A stretch of 63,160 bases of DNA, the filler included, from Circinaria calcarea (Eukaryota): assembly GCA_051942165.1 (NCBI GenBank). It is 27 parts of 27 records of this genome, joined end to end, with 100 filler letters (N's around TTAATTAATTAA, not from the genome) between each part and the next. Parts side by side here need not be neighbours in the genome. Positions count along the whole stretch, not along the records: positions 37,567 to 39,805 come from JAVECS010003744.1; positions 39,906 to 42,144 come from JAVECS010003745.1; positions 42,245 to 44,482 come from JAVECS010003746.1; positions 44,583 to 46,819 come from JAVECS010003747.1; positions 46,920 to 49,155 come from JAVECS010003748.1; 22 more parts are not named here. One strand, given 5' to 3'. The notes beneath the pieces are model-generated. The model was not told where the DNA came from. It did no database searches and saw only the letters and a list, made by a program, of their open reading frames with translations. Numbering within the stretch: position 1 is the stretch's first letter; the number at the start of each line of letters is the position of its first letter. This document shows positions 37,567 through 47,637 of this stretch, one piece after another. The translations under genes were made by a program, and so were the position numbers.

Positions 37567-37735
37567 TGGCTGAAATGCTGCTTAATGTACAGTCGGAATC
37601 TCTTCTTATTAGGGCATAATAAGACACAAGGATTTATATTAAATCTAGAAAGAATAAGTATTCTTTTAACGTAAATACACAATTAATATAAATTACATGA
37701 ATTATGGGGGAAATAATCCATTATTTTGAGATTAG
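37567..37735 (+). mobile_element. 3' end of a mitochondrial group I intron (ID-like) in cox3
   Basis: GCTGAAATGCTGCTTAATGTACAGTCGG core-like motif, with a terminal G at 37735 immediately before the cox3 exon. Confidence 0.7.
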
Positions 37736-38098
37736 GTAACGGTGACATATGCCCACCATTCTCTAATACAAGGTAATAGAAGTGGAGCCTTATATGGTCT
37801 AGTTTATACAGTAATTTTAGCTATAATTTTTACAGGATTTCAAGCTATAGAATATACAGTATCTTCTTTTACTATTTCTGATGGTACATATTCATCTTGT
37901 TTCTATTTTGGAACAGGTTTCCACGGACTTCACGTTATGATCGGTACAGCTTTTTTAGCTGTGGGTTTGTGACGTTTAATGGCTTATCATTTAACTGAAA
38001 ATCATCATTTAGGTTTAGAGTCTGCAATTTTATATTGACATTTTGTTGATGTTGTTTGATTATTTTTATATATTTCTGTTTACTACTGAGGTTCATAA
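37736..38098 (+). CDS. cox3: Cytochrome c oxidase subunit 3, last exon (mitochondrial, code 4)
   Basis: VTVTYAHH, TGFHGLHV and YWHFVDVVWLFLY..YYWGS*, with four TGA codons read as Trp; AT-rich. Confidence 0.98.
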
Positions 38099-38707
38099 AT
38101 GAGTATGTAGTATTCACTAAAGATGAAAGTTTATCTTCATCTGAAAGTCCAGTTAAGCGTAAACTAGGTGATCTAGAGGTTCCTGCCTCAATACATAAAA
38201 CAGTAGAGTCTAAATCCGGGTGAGATTCTGAATCATCTGGGGATCAAGATCAAGATGAAGACGAAGATGAAGACGAAGACGAACAAGAAGAGCTTAAATG
38301 AGCATCACAAGCTCTAAATAAAGCAATAATTATATCAAAACTAGTCAGTAATAGTAAGAAAAATTAACCTCTTACAAAACTAAAACAATATTATCAAGAA
38401 TTCTTTGAAGGAAAAAGTGATAAACAGGGTTTAAAGGTACTAGGGTATTTTCTTTCAAGTAAACTAGAAGCTTTATCTTTATCAAAAAAAAAAAAATACA
38501 TCTGGACCGGAGCCAACTGGTAGTGAAGCTAAATCAACTAATAGCCAACCTGAGTTCAGTAAAAATACATCTGAGTCAGAGCCAACTAGTAGTCAGGAAG
38601 AGTCAAATATTAGTCAAGCGGGACAAAGTAAAAAGAGATCAGCAGTTGATTATGTAATAGATAAAGAATCATCAGATATGCCTGGATTTGGGAATGATGG
38701 TGATTAA
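38098..38707 (+). pseudogene. Degraded mitochondrial ORFan A (acidic, Ser-rich)
   Basis: Long code-4 frame broken by TAA at 38365-38367 and a frameshift in A13 (38484-38496); ends SAVDYVIDKESSDMPGFGNDGD*. Confidence 0.7.
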
Positions 38708-38871
38708 TTTTTAACTTTTACCTTTATTCCTTTATTTACCTTAATTATTCAATTTTACTTCTGGTTTAGTTGGTACTTTTACTCGATATCCTAGAGAGAT
38801 TACAATTTTTTCTTTTCTTTTTTAAATTTAAAAAAGAAAAAAATAAATTATTTTTAAATATTGAAAGAAAA

Positions 38872-38907
38872 CTTTTCCTGTTCTGTTCTATTCTGTTCTG
38901 TTCTGTT
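38872..38907 (+). repeat. CTTTTCCT(RTTCT)n element, copy 1
   Basis: Recurs in direct orientation at 39764-39805. Confidence 0.85.
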
Positions 38908-39039
38908 TTTTTTTTTACAAAATATAGAAATATATAGAAAAAAGTAAATATTTCTGTAACTTTTAAGTAGAGTTTTGTTTAATAAAAAAATTTACATGTA
39001 TATTTTATATATAACTTAAAGATAAAAAAAAAAAAAGAA

Positions 39040-39720
39040 ATGATTGCACCAATAAAAAATAGCGTATTAGGTATATCTAATGTAAACAGAAAATTTTTTT
39101 CTACTAGTTTATCTCTATCTGCTAAAGAAGATAAAGGTAAAGCTATAGCAACTAGTGAGTGATTAGCTGAACAAGAAGAAAAACAAAAACAGAAAGATGA
39201 ACAAGAAAAACAAAAACAGAAAGATGAACAAGAAAGATTGGATTTTGAACTTGCTTCAAAACTTCACTATGAAGAATGAGGAAAAGCTTATTCTGAAGGG
39301 GGATCAGAACATTGTTCTGAAAAGGGACGAAATTCTCGTTCTGTTAGTCCTGAAGAGGATTGAAATAAGAAGGTTATAGCCGCCTTATTGTATGAAGCTG
39401 AAACCTGTGATAAAGAGGGAAATCATAAGAAGGCTAAAGAGTACAGAGATGAAGTTATGGTTAAGATCCAAGAGCTTGAAAAAATAGCAAGTGGTACTAT
39501 AGGTGAAAGCTCCAAACAATCTAGTGCTGTAGCTGAAAGCTCCACAGAATCTTCTAGTAAAGCAGAAAGTTCTAGACAATCTTCTAGTAAAGCAGAAAGC
39601 TCTACGCAATCTTCTAGTAAAGCAGAAAGCTCTACACAATCTGACAAAAAATCCCCTTTAGATTATATTATAGAAAAAGAAGAAGGGGAAATGCCAGGGC
39701 CAGGTGATGATTTTGATTAG
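39040..39720 (+). CDS. Mitochondrial ORFan B, 226 aa (code 4)
   Basis: Open from ATG 39040 to TAG 39720 when three TGA are read as Trp. Contains a 27-bp duplication (39178-39231) and about 4.6 30-bp repeats (39505-39642); ends SPLDYIIEKEEGEMPGPGDDFD*. Confidence 0.75.
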
Positions 39721-39763
39721 AATCTATACCTATGTCCTGTGTAATCTAAAGATTAAAAGAGAG

Positions 39764-39805
39764 CTTTTCCTATTCTATTCTGTTCTGTTCTGTTCTGTTC
39801 TGTTC
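39764..39805 (+). repeat. CTTTTCCT(RTTCT)n element, copy 2 (runs to contig end)
   Basis: CTTTTCCTATTCTATTCTGTTCTGTTC... Confidence 0.85.
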
Positions 39806-40591
39806 NNNNNNNNNNNNNNNNNNNNNNNNNNNNNNNNNNNNNNNNNNNNTTAATTAATTAANNNNNNNNNNNNNNNNNNNNNNNNNNNNNNNNNNNNNNN
39901 NNNNNAAACAGGCTTCTAATTTGTTAGTGTTGAGCAGCAGATGTATGGTTGCATTGCTACCTATGTGAGTGTGTAACTACCTAAGCTATCTAGGCAGCGA
40001 AAAAGTGCTTTTATGATGTGTAGGGAGTGTTGAGCATGGACCTCCTATGCAACACATGCCTCAGTAAGCCCTATGACCTCCAACAGTTAGACTGGGCACG
40101 CTTTTAGGGGCACGCTAATCCATATCTCAAAAAAAAAATTGCGTCCGGAGGGAGCCTTTTGCGCCCGAAATTCGGAGCGTTGTCGGAAATCTTGGGCTGT
40201 GTTGATTGCAGTTGGCAACCAAGCTGCAGTGAGATGCGTGTTCCTACCGAGAAATGGCTTATGAGGCTCGCAGTGGTCGGATGGGTATTTGCTGTTAGCT
40301 TCACGCTAAAGTCACTAAGATTTCGGTTATCTACTGATCTTACTGGCAGATAGCGAGGCTCTAGCTGTATTGGGGGGGACCAGAGCCAAAAGGGAGGGGT
40401 CTACCTGAGGCTTATCAACAGCACTGTCCCCATTGGGCCTGGTCTTGCCCGACGCACCAGCTGAGCTGCGCAGCAGTCGGTGGTAGCAAATATGGGATGA
40501 GATTAGAGCAAATCGCGCCTCTATTAAAGTTCGCCTGTTTTCACCGCGTGAGAGCGCTACTCTTTGGTGGTCCGGTGGTTCCACCCTTCTG

Positions 40592-40830
40592 CTTTTTGCC
40601 GTTGCCATACCACTTTGTCGTTGCTATACACCTTCCCTGCCGCAATATATCCTCGCTGCTGCTATATAACCCCGCTGCTGCCACGCTCTTGTCTCTGTCG
40701 CTTATACGGAACTAGGACAACTTATGACTACGCGTTATGGCGACAGTGAAGGTACGTAGCGACAGCGAAGGTAGGTGGCAGCAGCGAAGCTCTATGGTGG
40801 CGGCAAGGCTGCATGGCGAAAGGAGGGATC
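40592..40830. repeat. Two inverted arrays of a degenerate 19-bp unit
   Basis: Five units at 40592-40686 (approx. ACCTTCGCTGCTGCYATAY) and 4-5 reverse-complement units from 40737. Confidence 0.75.
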
Positions 40831-41117
40831 TTACTTAAACGTTGGTGGCTTTATTGCCAGGTTCCCGAGTGAAAAAGCAATTGCTTTACGACGTCAAGTC
40901 GATTTATATATGGACCAGTCCATATATGAATCCCCTACCTACATTGATTTATGAGTTACCAATTTTTTGTGTCTCGATTATAACACAGTTTTTTACTGTT
41001 TCGTTCCAGAGCACTTACTCCGTGCTTGCAATTATTTCCTCGCGCCACTCTCTAGCAAAGTCTTTCTCAACTGGATTCTGCTAACCCAATAGCATCGTGG
41101 ATAGCATTTGTATCGCA

Positions 41118-42144
41118 ATGCTCAAATGGCCGAGACCCTATAACCGTTTGGACTCGAAAGAAGGAAGCTACCAACTTAAAGACATATCAAGCCGCCATGC
41201 TTTGCCCGCCGCCCATGATAAGCAACAGCAGTTGCAAAAGGTCGAGCCTTGTTTTGACCCAGACCTCAACAGCGGCCCTTCTCCTACCAGTCCTCATTTC
41301 GCTTGGCTGTCTGATTCTGTTGACAAGCTACTCCTCATCTTTGCGACCATCCTTCCACTGCTAGCCAGCACCTCCCTGCTCGTAGCAACTGCCATGGACA
41401 GTCGCTTCACAGGCCATTTGCACTTCTACATCTTAAACAATCGTGCCACAGCCCAGATCATCGTCTCCATTATTTCCACCGTCTTCGCCTGTCTTAATGT
41501 CTACACCATAACCAAGCTCCTCAATTTCGCAACGCGAATCTATCTACTACGGCAATCTCTTAGCCTAAACATGATTAAATTCATCGGAGCAGTTACGACG
41601 GGGCGTTTGGGAACTGGCCTTCCAGCAGCAATGTTTACCACGTCTGCGATTATGATTTTGCTTCTTGCCATCCCCAACGTCCTGTGGACCGGAGCCTTGA
41701 CTCCCGTTTTCACAAATGCCACAATCGTGGAGACTAACGTTTTAAAAATCCCACAATACTCCGCAAGCTCGAATACGACCTGGTCTAATAACTCACGCCA
41801 ATCGCACGGCATCTGTACCAATGTTACCAACGAGAAGGGCATCTTCAGCGATTGCCCCGTCAACATCCTCCAAAGCAGCCTGCTGAGGCGAGCGGCTCAA
41901 GCAACCTCGGACCTGACCCAGATTCATTCCAAAAACGATAATAGCCACTACTCCTACTTCGGGCGCTCCTACGGCGTCGGCTCCTCTGCCGGTCTTGTCG
42001 ACGAGAAACTTTACAACGCCGCCAGCAGCTCCAATCTCCTCTTCTACAACTACACCGAACTAGGATACCTCGTCTATGTCACCTGCTTCCATAACGCCTC
42101 CTCCGACTTCCACCTAGAGATGGTGCAAGCCGGTCAGTCCGAAT
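41118..42144 (+). CDS. Uncharacterised membrane glycoprotein, 3' partial
   Basis: About three hydrophobic segments, LWTGALTP and YFGRSYGVGSSAGL, with several N-x-S/T sequons; long intronless ORF. Confidence 0.8.
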
Positions 42145-42724
42145 NNNNNNNNNNNNNNNNNNNNNNNNNNNNNNNNNNNNNNNNNNNNTTAATTAATTAA
42201 NNNNNNNNNNNNNNNNNNNNNNNNNNNNNNNNNNNNNNNNNNNNGTGGAAGTTCCTTGCTTCGGCGTCATTCTCGGGCCGTACATATCAGATACCCCTAA
42301 AGTGGTCGGGGGAGGAGTATCATCAGGTCTGAGCGGATGACAACTGGTGACACTTGGTGCTCTGTGAAAATCTGAACTTGTGATCGCATGTCCACAAACT
42401 ACTTTACATCGGATCAAGTGTATTCTTTCGTTAAAGAGTCCCTAAGATTTAGAAAGAAACATAGATTGATTTCTGAGGTTATGCTCGGAACCGGCGGACT
42501 CTCGACTGAATGCTTCTATACACGCACATGTCACAATGCACACCGTAGAGAGTAGTCGGAAAGGGGTAGTCACATCACCGCTATGATGTTGCCACGCGGT
42601 GTGTAAACGTTTGAAGTGCTGCAACTAACTACAATATCAATTCACGGGGCCTAATCAATTCCAAGTCCCAGATCCCAAATAAGACCCTCAGAGTCTGCTC
42701 AACTAATGTACGGGCCCCAAAATC

Positions 42725-44482
42725 CTATTGTCCAGAATTCTCCTTTCCGTTGCCCTGACCTGGTTGCTTTTCCGCCTTCCTCTGTTCGAGCCGTAACCTG
42801 GCAGCGGCGGCGCGGTCGGGTGGCAGAAGAGATCGACCACTGACACCCGCAACACTACCGATACAGCTGCTGGTAACCTGTGTGCTGTATCCACGCCTTG
42901 TCCCAACTCGAGCCTGTTTGTAGTTATCCGATGGTAGTCGAGAAGGCTCGAGAGGCGGCCGCGAAGACAAGGGCTTCGGTGGGTTTGGTGTAAATCCAAG
43001 CAGTGATGGTCGAGCAGAAGCAGGACACGATGCTTGCTGTTGGTCCTTGATAGAATTCTGCGGTTCTGTGGGAGGTAAAGCTCGTAACGTCGAAGTTTCG
43101 AGGTTTTTGTTAGTTTCCAAGTCTTCGCTAGTCTTTGACCTTTGGGGTGAGCCGCCTATGTAAACGTTATGTTGTTGTTCCATGTTGTTTTGGTCAAGCT
43201 CTTTCAAGGCGTGCAGTTGTACATGATCTGTATCGTTATCGTTTGCCTCGGCACCCTTATGAGCTTGAGGTCGCGTACCATGCCTAATACTGTTGGTTTC
43301 AATCGCGTCAGTCCAGATACCGGTTTGCTTGTTCTGATTTACGTAGTTCAGATCATTCATGCTGATATCTTGCTCAGACTTATCAGCCTTAGCCAATCCC
43401 ACACGAAGCTTTAAGGCGGCATTTTCGATCTGACAATCCCGTAAATATTCTTGGGCTTGTCGGAGATCCTGAGCTACCTTGCGCTGCTGTCTTTGTAAAA
43501 GGTCGGGTCTGAGGCTCTGCGCTTCCTCCTTGAGGATTCTAATCTGCGTTTGAAGGTCCTCGACTAGCTCTTTTTGAGATCCTGGCACCAAACTAGCTCT
43601 ATCGATCCCTCGGCTTTGCCCCTTCTCTTCCCTCCCATTTAGCGGCTCAATGTTTTCACTTTGTTTCGCTCGTTCCATGTTGTGTCCGGCGGCCAGTTTC
43701 TCATTTTCCACCCTGCATTGAGCCAAGTCCAACTCTAGCTTCCTTCTCTGAGCTTTAGACTTTTCATCACTCTGCTTCCGTCTTTCCTCCCTAACCCTAT
43801 GCCTTGCCTCGTACTTCTTCATCTCCTCCTTGACGCGCAAGATGTTGTTCTTGAGCGCCAGATTTTGATTTTCCAAGTGCGCCACCTTTTCTTCGGCGTC
43901 CTCCACGATACTGCGTAACTTAATCACCTCTGAACGTAGTGAGGAAACTTCGGTAGGTTCTGGAACGGCCATTTTGCTGCTACCAGTTTGAGTAGTTTCA
44001 CAAGACTGGTCCACTGTTTCGGGATCATCCCCACAGTGTTCTGGCGTAGCTATAATGTTGTGTTCGCGAATGGCTCTCTCGTATTTTTCAGCCTTTTGCT
44101 TGTAGCGTAACGCTTGAGCCGTCTGGATTGCAAGCTGCGCCATCAGTTGAGCTTGATCAGGGCCACCATCCGCCTTGTCGGGATTCTCCGCTAGCTTTCC
44201 TGCCAACTCCGAGACTCTCCCTTCCATCTCTGCAACTTGGGATAATGCTTTCTTCAGTTTCTCGCTGATGTTGAGCGCTTCGGAATCTCTCTTGACAGCA
44301 TAGGATTTTGCAATCTGGCTGTACTTTATGAGCTTCCTCATCTCATGATCAGATTTCTCATGGTACCGAGTATATTCTCTTTTCCAATGTCGGCCAGACC
44401 TCGAACGGGGGTCTTTCAAGTCCATAGTTACATCCACTTCGGCGACATCCTGGTCAGATAGAGTAGCCGTATCTTTTGATTC
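42725..44482 (-). CDS. Spindle-pole-body Cut12-domain coiled-coil protein, 5' partial
   Basis: DVTMDLKDPRSRSGRHWKREY..EMRKLIKY..AKSYA, a long coiled coil, and a C-terminal LPPDRAAAARLRLE. Confidence 0.8.
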   Translation of the reverse strand, partial: ESKDTATLSDQDVAEVDVTMDLKDPRSRSGRHWKREYTRYHEKSDHEMRKLIKYSQIAKSYAVKRDSEALNISEKLKKALSQVAEMEGRVSELAGKLAENPDKADGGPDQAQLMAQLAIQTAQALRYKQKAEKYERAIREHNIIATPEHCGDDPETVDQSCETTQTGSSKMAVPEPTEVSSLRSEVIKLRSIVEDAEEKVAHLENQNLALKNNILRVKEEMKKYEARHRVREERRKQSDEKSKAQRRKLELDLAQCRVENEKLAAGHNMERAKQSENIEPLNGREEKGQSRGIDRASLVPGSQKELVEDLQTQIRILKEEAQSLRPDLLQRQQRKVAQDLRQAQEYLRDCQIENAALKLRVGLAKADKSEQDISMNDLNYVNQNKQTGIWTDAIETNSIRHGTRPQAHKGAEANDNDTDHVQLHALKELDQNNMEQQHNVYIGGSPQRSKTSEDLETNKNLETSTLRALPPTEPQNSIKDQQQASCPASARPSLLGFTPNPPKPLSSRPPLEPSRLPSDNYKQARVGTRRGYSTQVTSSCIGSVAGVSGRSLLPPDRAAAARLRLEQRKAEKQPGQGNGKENSGQ

Positions 44483-44582
44483 NNNNNNNNNNNNNNNNNN
44501 NNNNNNNNNNNNNNNNNNNNNNNNNNTTAATTAATTAANNNNNNNNNNNNNNNNNNNNNNNNNNNNNNNNNNNNNNNNNNNN

Positions 44583-44855
44583 AATCCTCCGCCGGGAGTG
44601 TTTGTGCTGCGGTCAGACAGGGCGCTCAGCCAGCACGAGGATGTCGGCAAAGAGTTCAGAGGGTATATCGACAACCAGGGGAAATGGGCGAGTGACTTCG
44701 CGCCAGCCATGACAAAGATGTCCATACTCGGGCTCCCGGAGGGGACGAGGGGACTTACTGATTGCACGAACGCGCTGCCAAAGAAGACTTCCAAGAGGGA
44801 TATCAAGGCGGCACCCATCAATGCTCGCGTGTATCACTCCTACCATGGTTACTAG
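44583..44855 (+). CDS. Class II heme peroxidase, C-terminal fragment
   Basis: VFVLRSDRALS, WASDFAPAMTKMSILG and LTDCTNALP. Confidence 0.8.
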   Translation, partial: NPPPGVFVLRSDRALSQHEDVGKEFRGYIDNQGKWASDFAPAMTKMSILGLPEGTRGLTDCTNALPKKTSKRDIKAAPINARVYHSYHGY

Positions 44856-45736
44856 GATGCCAAGCCTGCATGACATACTCGTCATTCTCCCTCCCGTGTG
44901 TGGAAGGATTGATCTTGTCGACGAGTGGATTGGAGAATTTTTCATGGCTCCGTAAGGCAGAGATGGACATGCGGCTGTGCCGGAGGAGGAAATGGATCGA
45001 ATGGGAATGGGTTGGAGGTTTAGCTAATCTTGCATTTTTGGGTAGAGGGCATGGAAGATCGAAAAGATTATCTGGCAAAGCTTCAGTCGAATATCGAATT
45101 AGACATTGTCGCGTAAAGATGGAGTACCCACTAGCGATAGTACCCGAGAAGTTATTATAACCACTAGAACGGCACCATGACTGCAGACCCGGTAATTTCA
45201 GTAAAGCTTGATAAGGTTCGAAGTCGGGATTCATGCAATCGCAGCATATTATGGCTCTACTGACTCCAGGTCCAACGGTCAGCGGTCCTCGCCGAGCTTC
45301 TGTGGGGGGGGGGGCCGGTTGAATAGCGCCGATATAAGGTACTTGGTCCGCAAAGATAAAAAATCGTTAGTGTGGTTCATTTAGGATAACTGCAGCAAGT
45401 CCATTCCACCCTTTGTATTATTAAAGAAGCTCGACACGAAGATATACCAAAAGATAAGAGCCGTCCCTTTTCTTAAGCGTTTATATGAAAGGTGCGCTAA
45501 CATTTATTATCCCTGCAGACCATTATATGACGTGTGTCACACAGCAAAGCCCGTTAATGTAGGGATCTCCACGATAAGGCCCCACTGCGAACAGCAGGCG
45601 ACCGGCGGATGAAGAAAGATGACGATGGTCCAATTCTCCTACGAGAAGCGCATTGCGAGTCTATTTGTAATCCTCCCTTTACCTCTCACATACCATCTTT
45701 TCAGCCAGACTGTACCGTAAGAGTCTACCATCAATC

Positions 45737-46819
45737 ATGGACACCACCAAGTAAGTCGAGCCCCTTCATCAGCTTGAACCTCTGATATCAAGGTACGCAC
45801 GTCATCGGCCCACGTCTGGCGTGATCAAGATATTCGTGCCTGGCCAAGAAGACAGCTAATGCGGAACCGTACAGGACAACCTTCACCCTCAATAGTGGCG
45901 GCAAGATCCCAGCCATTGGTCTCGGAACCTGGCAAAGCAAGCCCAACGAAGTCGCACATATTGTCAAAGTGGCGCTTCAAATTGGATACCGCCACATTGA
46001 TACCGCATTGGCGTATGGCAATGAACACGAGGTCGGTCAGGGAATCAAGGACTCCGGCGTCCCTCGCAGCGAGATTTGGGTGACGACTAAGCTCGACAAC
46101 ACATGGCATCATCGGGTTGAAGAGGGTATAGACACGTCGCTGAAGTCGTTGGGGATGGATTACGTGGACCTCTACCTGATAGTAAGCATCCCCGATCTCC
46201 AAACAACAATAGAAGCTAAAAGTCGGTAGCATTGGCCTTCGTCGACCGACCCAAAGGACACATCGAAGCACCTGCCAGACTGGGACTTTATCAAGACATG
46301 GTATGGTCTTACCCCATATGCGCTGCCATTGAAGGTATACATGCTCACACTTCGCAGGCAAGAGATGCAAAAACTTCCCGCTACCGGTAAAGTCAAGAGC
46401 ATTGGCGTCTCTAACTTCGGTATCAAGAACCTCGAGAAGCTCCTCAATCATCAGAGCTGCAAGACCGTCCCGGCGGTGAACCAAATCGAAATACATCCCC
46501 ACAACCCCTCTCCAAAACTTATTGACTATTGCAGAGAGAAAGGTATTCACTGCACCGCATATAGTCCGCTTGGGTCAACCAACTCGCCCCTTTACAAAGA
46601 ACCCACACTTCTGTTGATTGCAGACAAGCTGGCAAGAACCCCCCAGCAGGTTCTTCTTAAATGGGGTATTCAAAGTGGATGGTCGGTTATCCCGAAGACT
46701 GTGAGTGAGAAGAGAGTGAAGGAGAACTTTGACCTGGACGGATGGGAAATCCCGGCCAAAGATATGACGGCGCTGCATAATCTTAGTAACCGCTTCAAAG
46801 TTTGCACCGACGACTGGTT
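45737..46819 (+). CDS. Aldo-keto reductase (Gcy1/glycerol dehydrogenase-like), 3' partial
   Basis: IGLGTWQ, GYRHIDTA, YVDLYLIHWP, SIGVSNF and VIPKT. Introns 45751-45874, 46182-46229 and 46301-46357. Confidence 0.95.
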
Positions 46820-47637
46820 NNNNNNNNNNNNNNNNNNNNNNNNNNNNNNNNNNNNNNNNNNNNTTAATTAATTAANNNNNNNNNNNNNNNNNNNNNNNNN
46901 NNNNNNNNNNNNNNNNNNNGGATAGATGGGTGGAGATTTGTTCTCGTAGGCGTTGGAAGATGTGGTTGCCAGCTCGGCTGGGTTGGGTTCATGCGGAGAT
47001 GGGGGGGGGCTTGCTCTTTATTGGGAGTATTTGGGACTTTTGCCACGAATGGAAAATAGATACGATACCCGATGAGTCTGCAGCAGAAAGCAACTAAGCA
47101 ACTACGCCCGGCGTGTTTTGAGTATCAGTATCAGTATCAGTATCAAGGCTAGGCTAGGCTAGCTATATGGCCAGTATTTCCAAAGATCTTCAAAGATCAA
47201 ACGTGCAAGAAACCAATGGATCCCTCCTCTCGAGTGTGAATCAATCAAGCTGGGAGATGGATGGTGGTCGGCATATTAATGACGTGTTGTAAGATCAGAA
47301 TACATGAGGGAAGGAAACGGGAGATTGGGAACCCAAGACTAAGTGAGGTAGGTAGGTACTCCGTAGGTAGGGGAGGGATCGAAAGTAAAGAGTCACATAA
47401 TATCACAAGAAATTCTTCAACAAAGCACAAAAGTCAACAATCTACCCCTTTCATTGCGCCATTGCGCCATTGCGAATGCAAAATCTCTAACCTTATTACG
47501 GCGCCTCCATCGTCTTGATTCATTTCTGTACACTCATCAGTTGGGAACTTTTTGATGCAAGAACGCCACCTTCGGCAAAATGCAAAGCAGGGAAAATGCA
47601 CAAAACTCCCTTGGCCCAGCAAACCCCCCGGATGTAA

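Noticed and set aside
37970..37972. Premature stop in cox3 according to the ORF track
   Set aside because: TGA encodes Trp in mold mitochondrial code 4; the frame continues to 38098.
42413..42423. GATCAAGTGTA resembling U2 snRNA
   Set aside because: The match stops before the branch-recognition GTAGTA and no other U2 elements are present.
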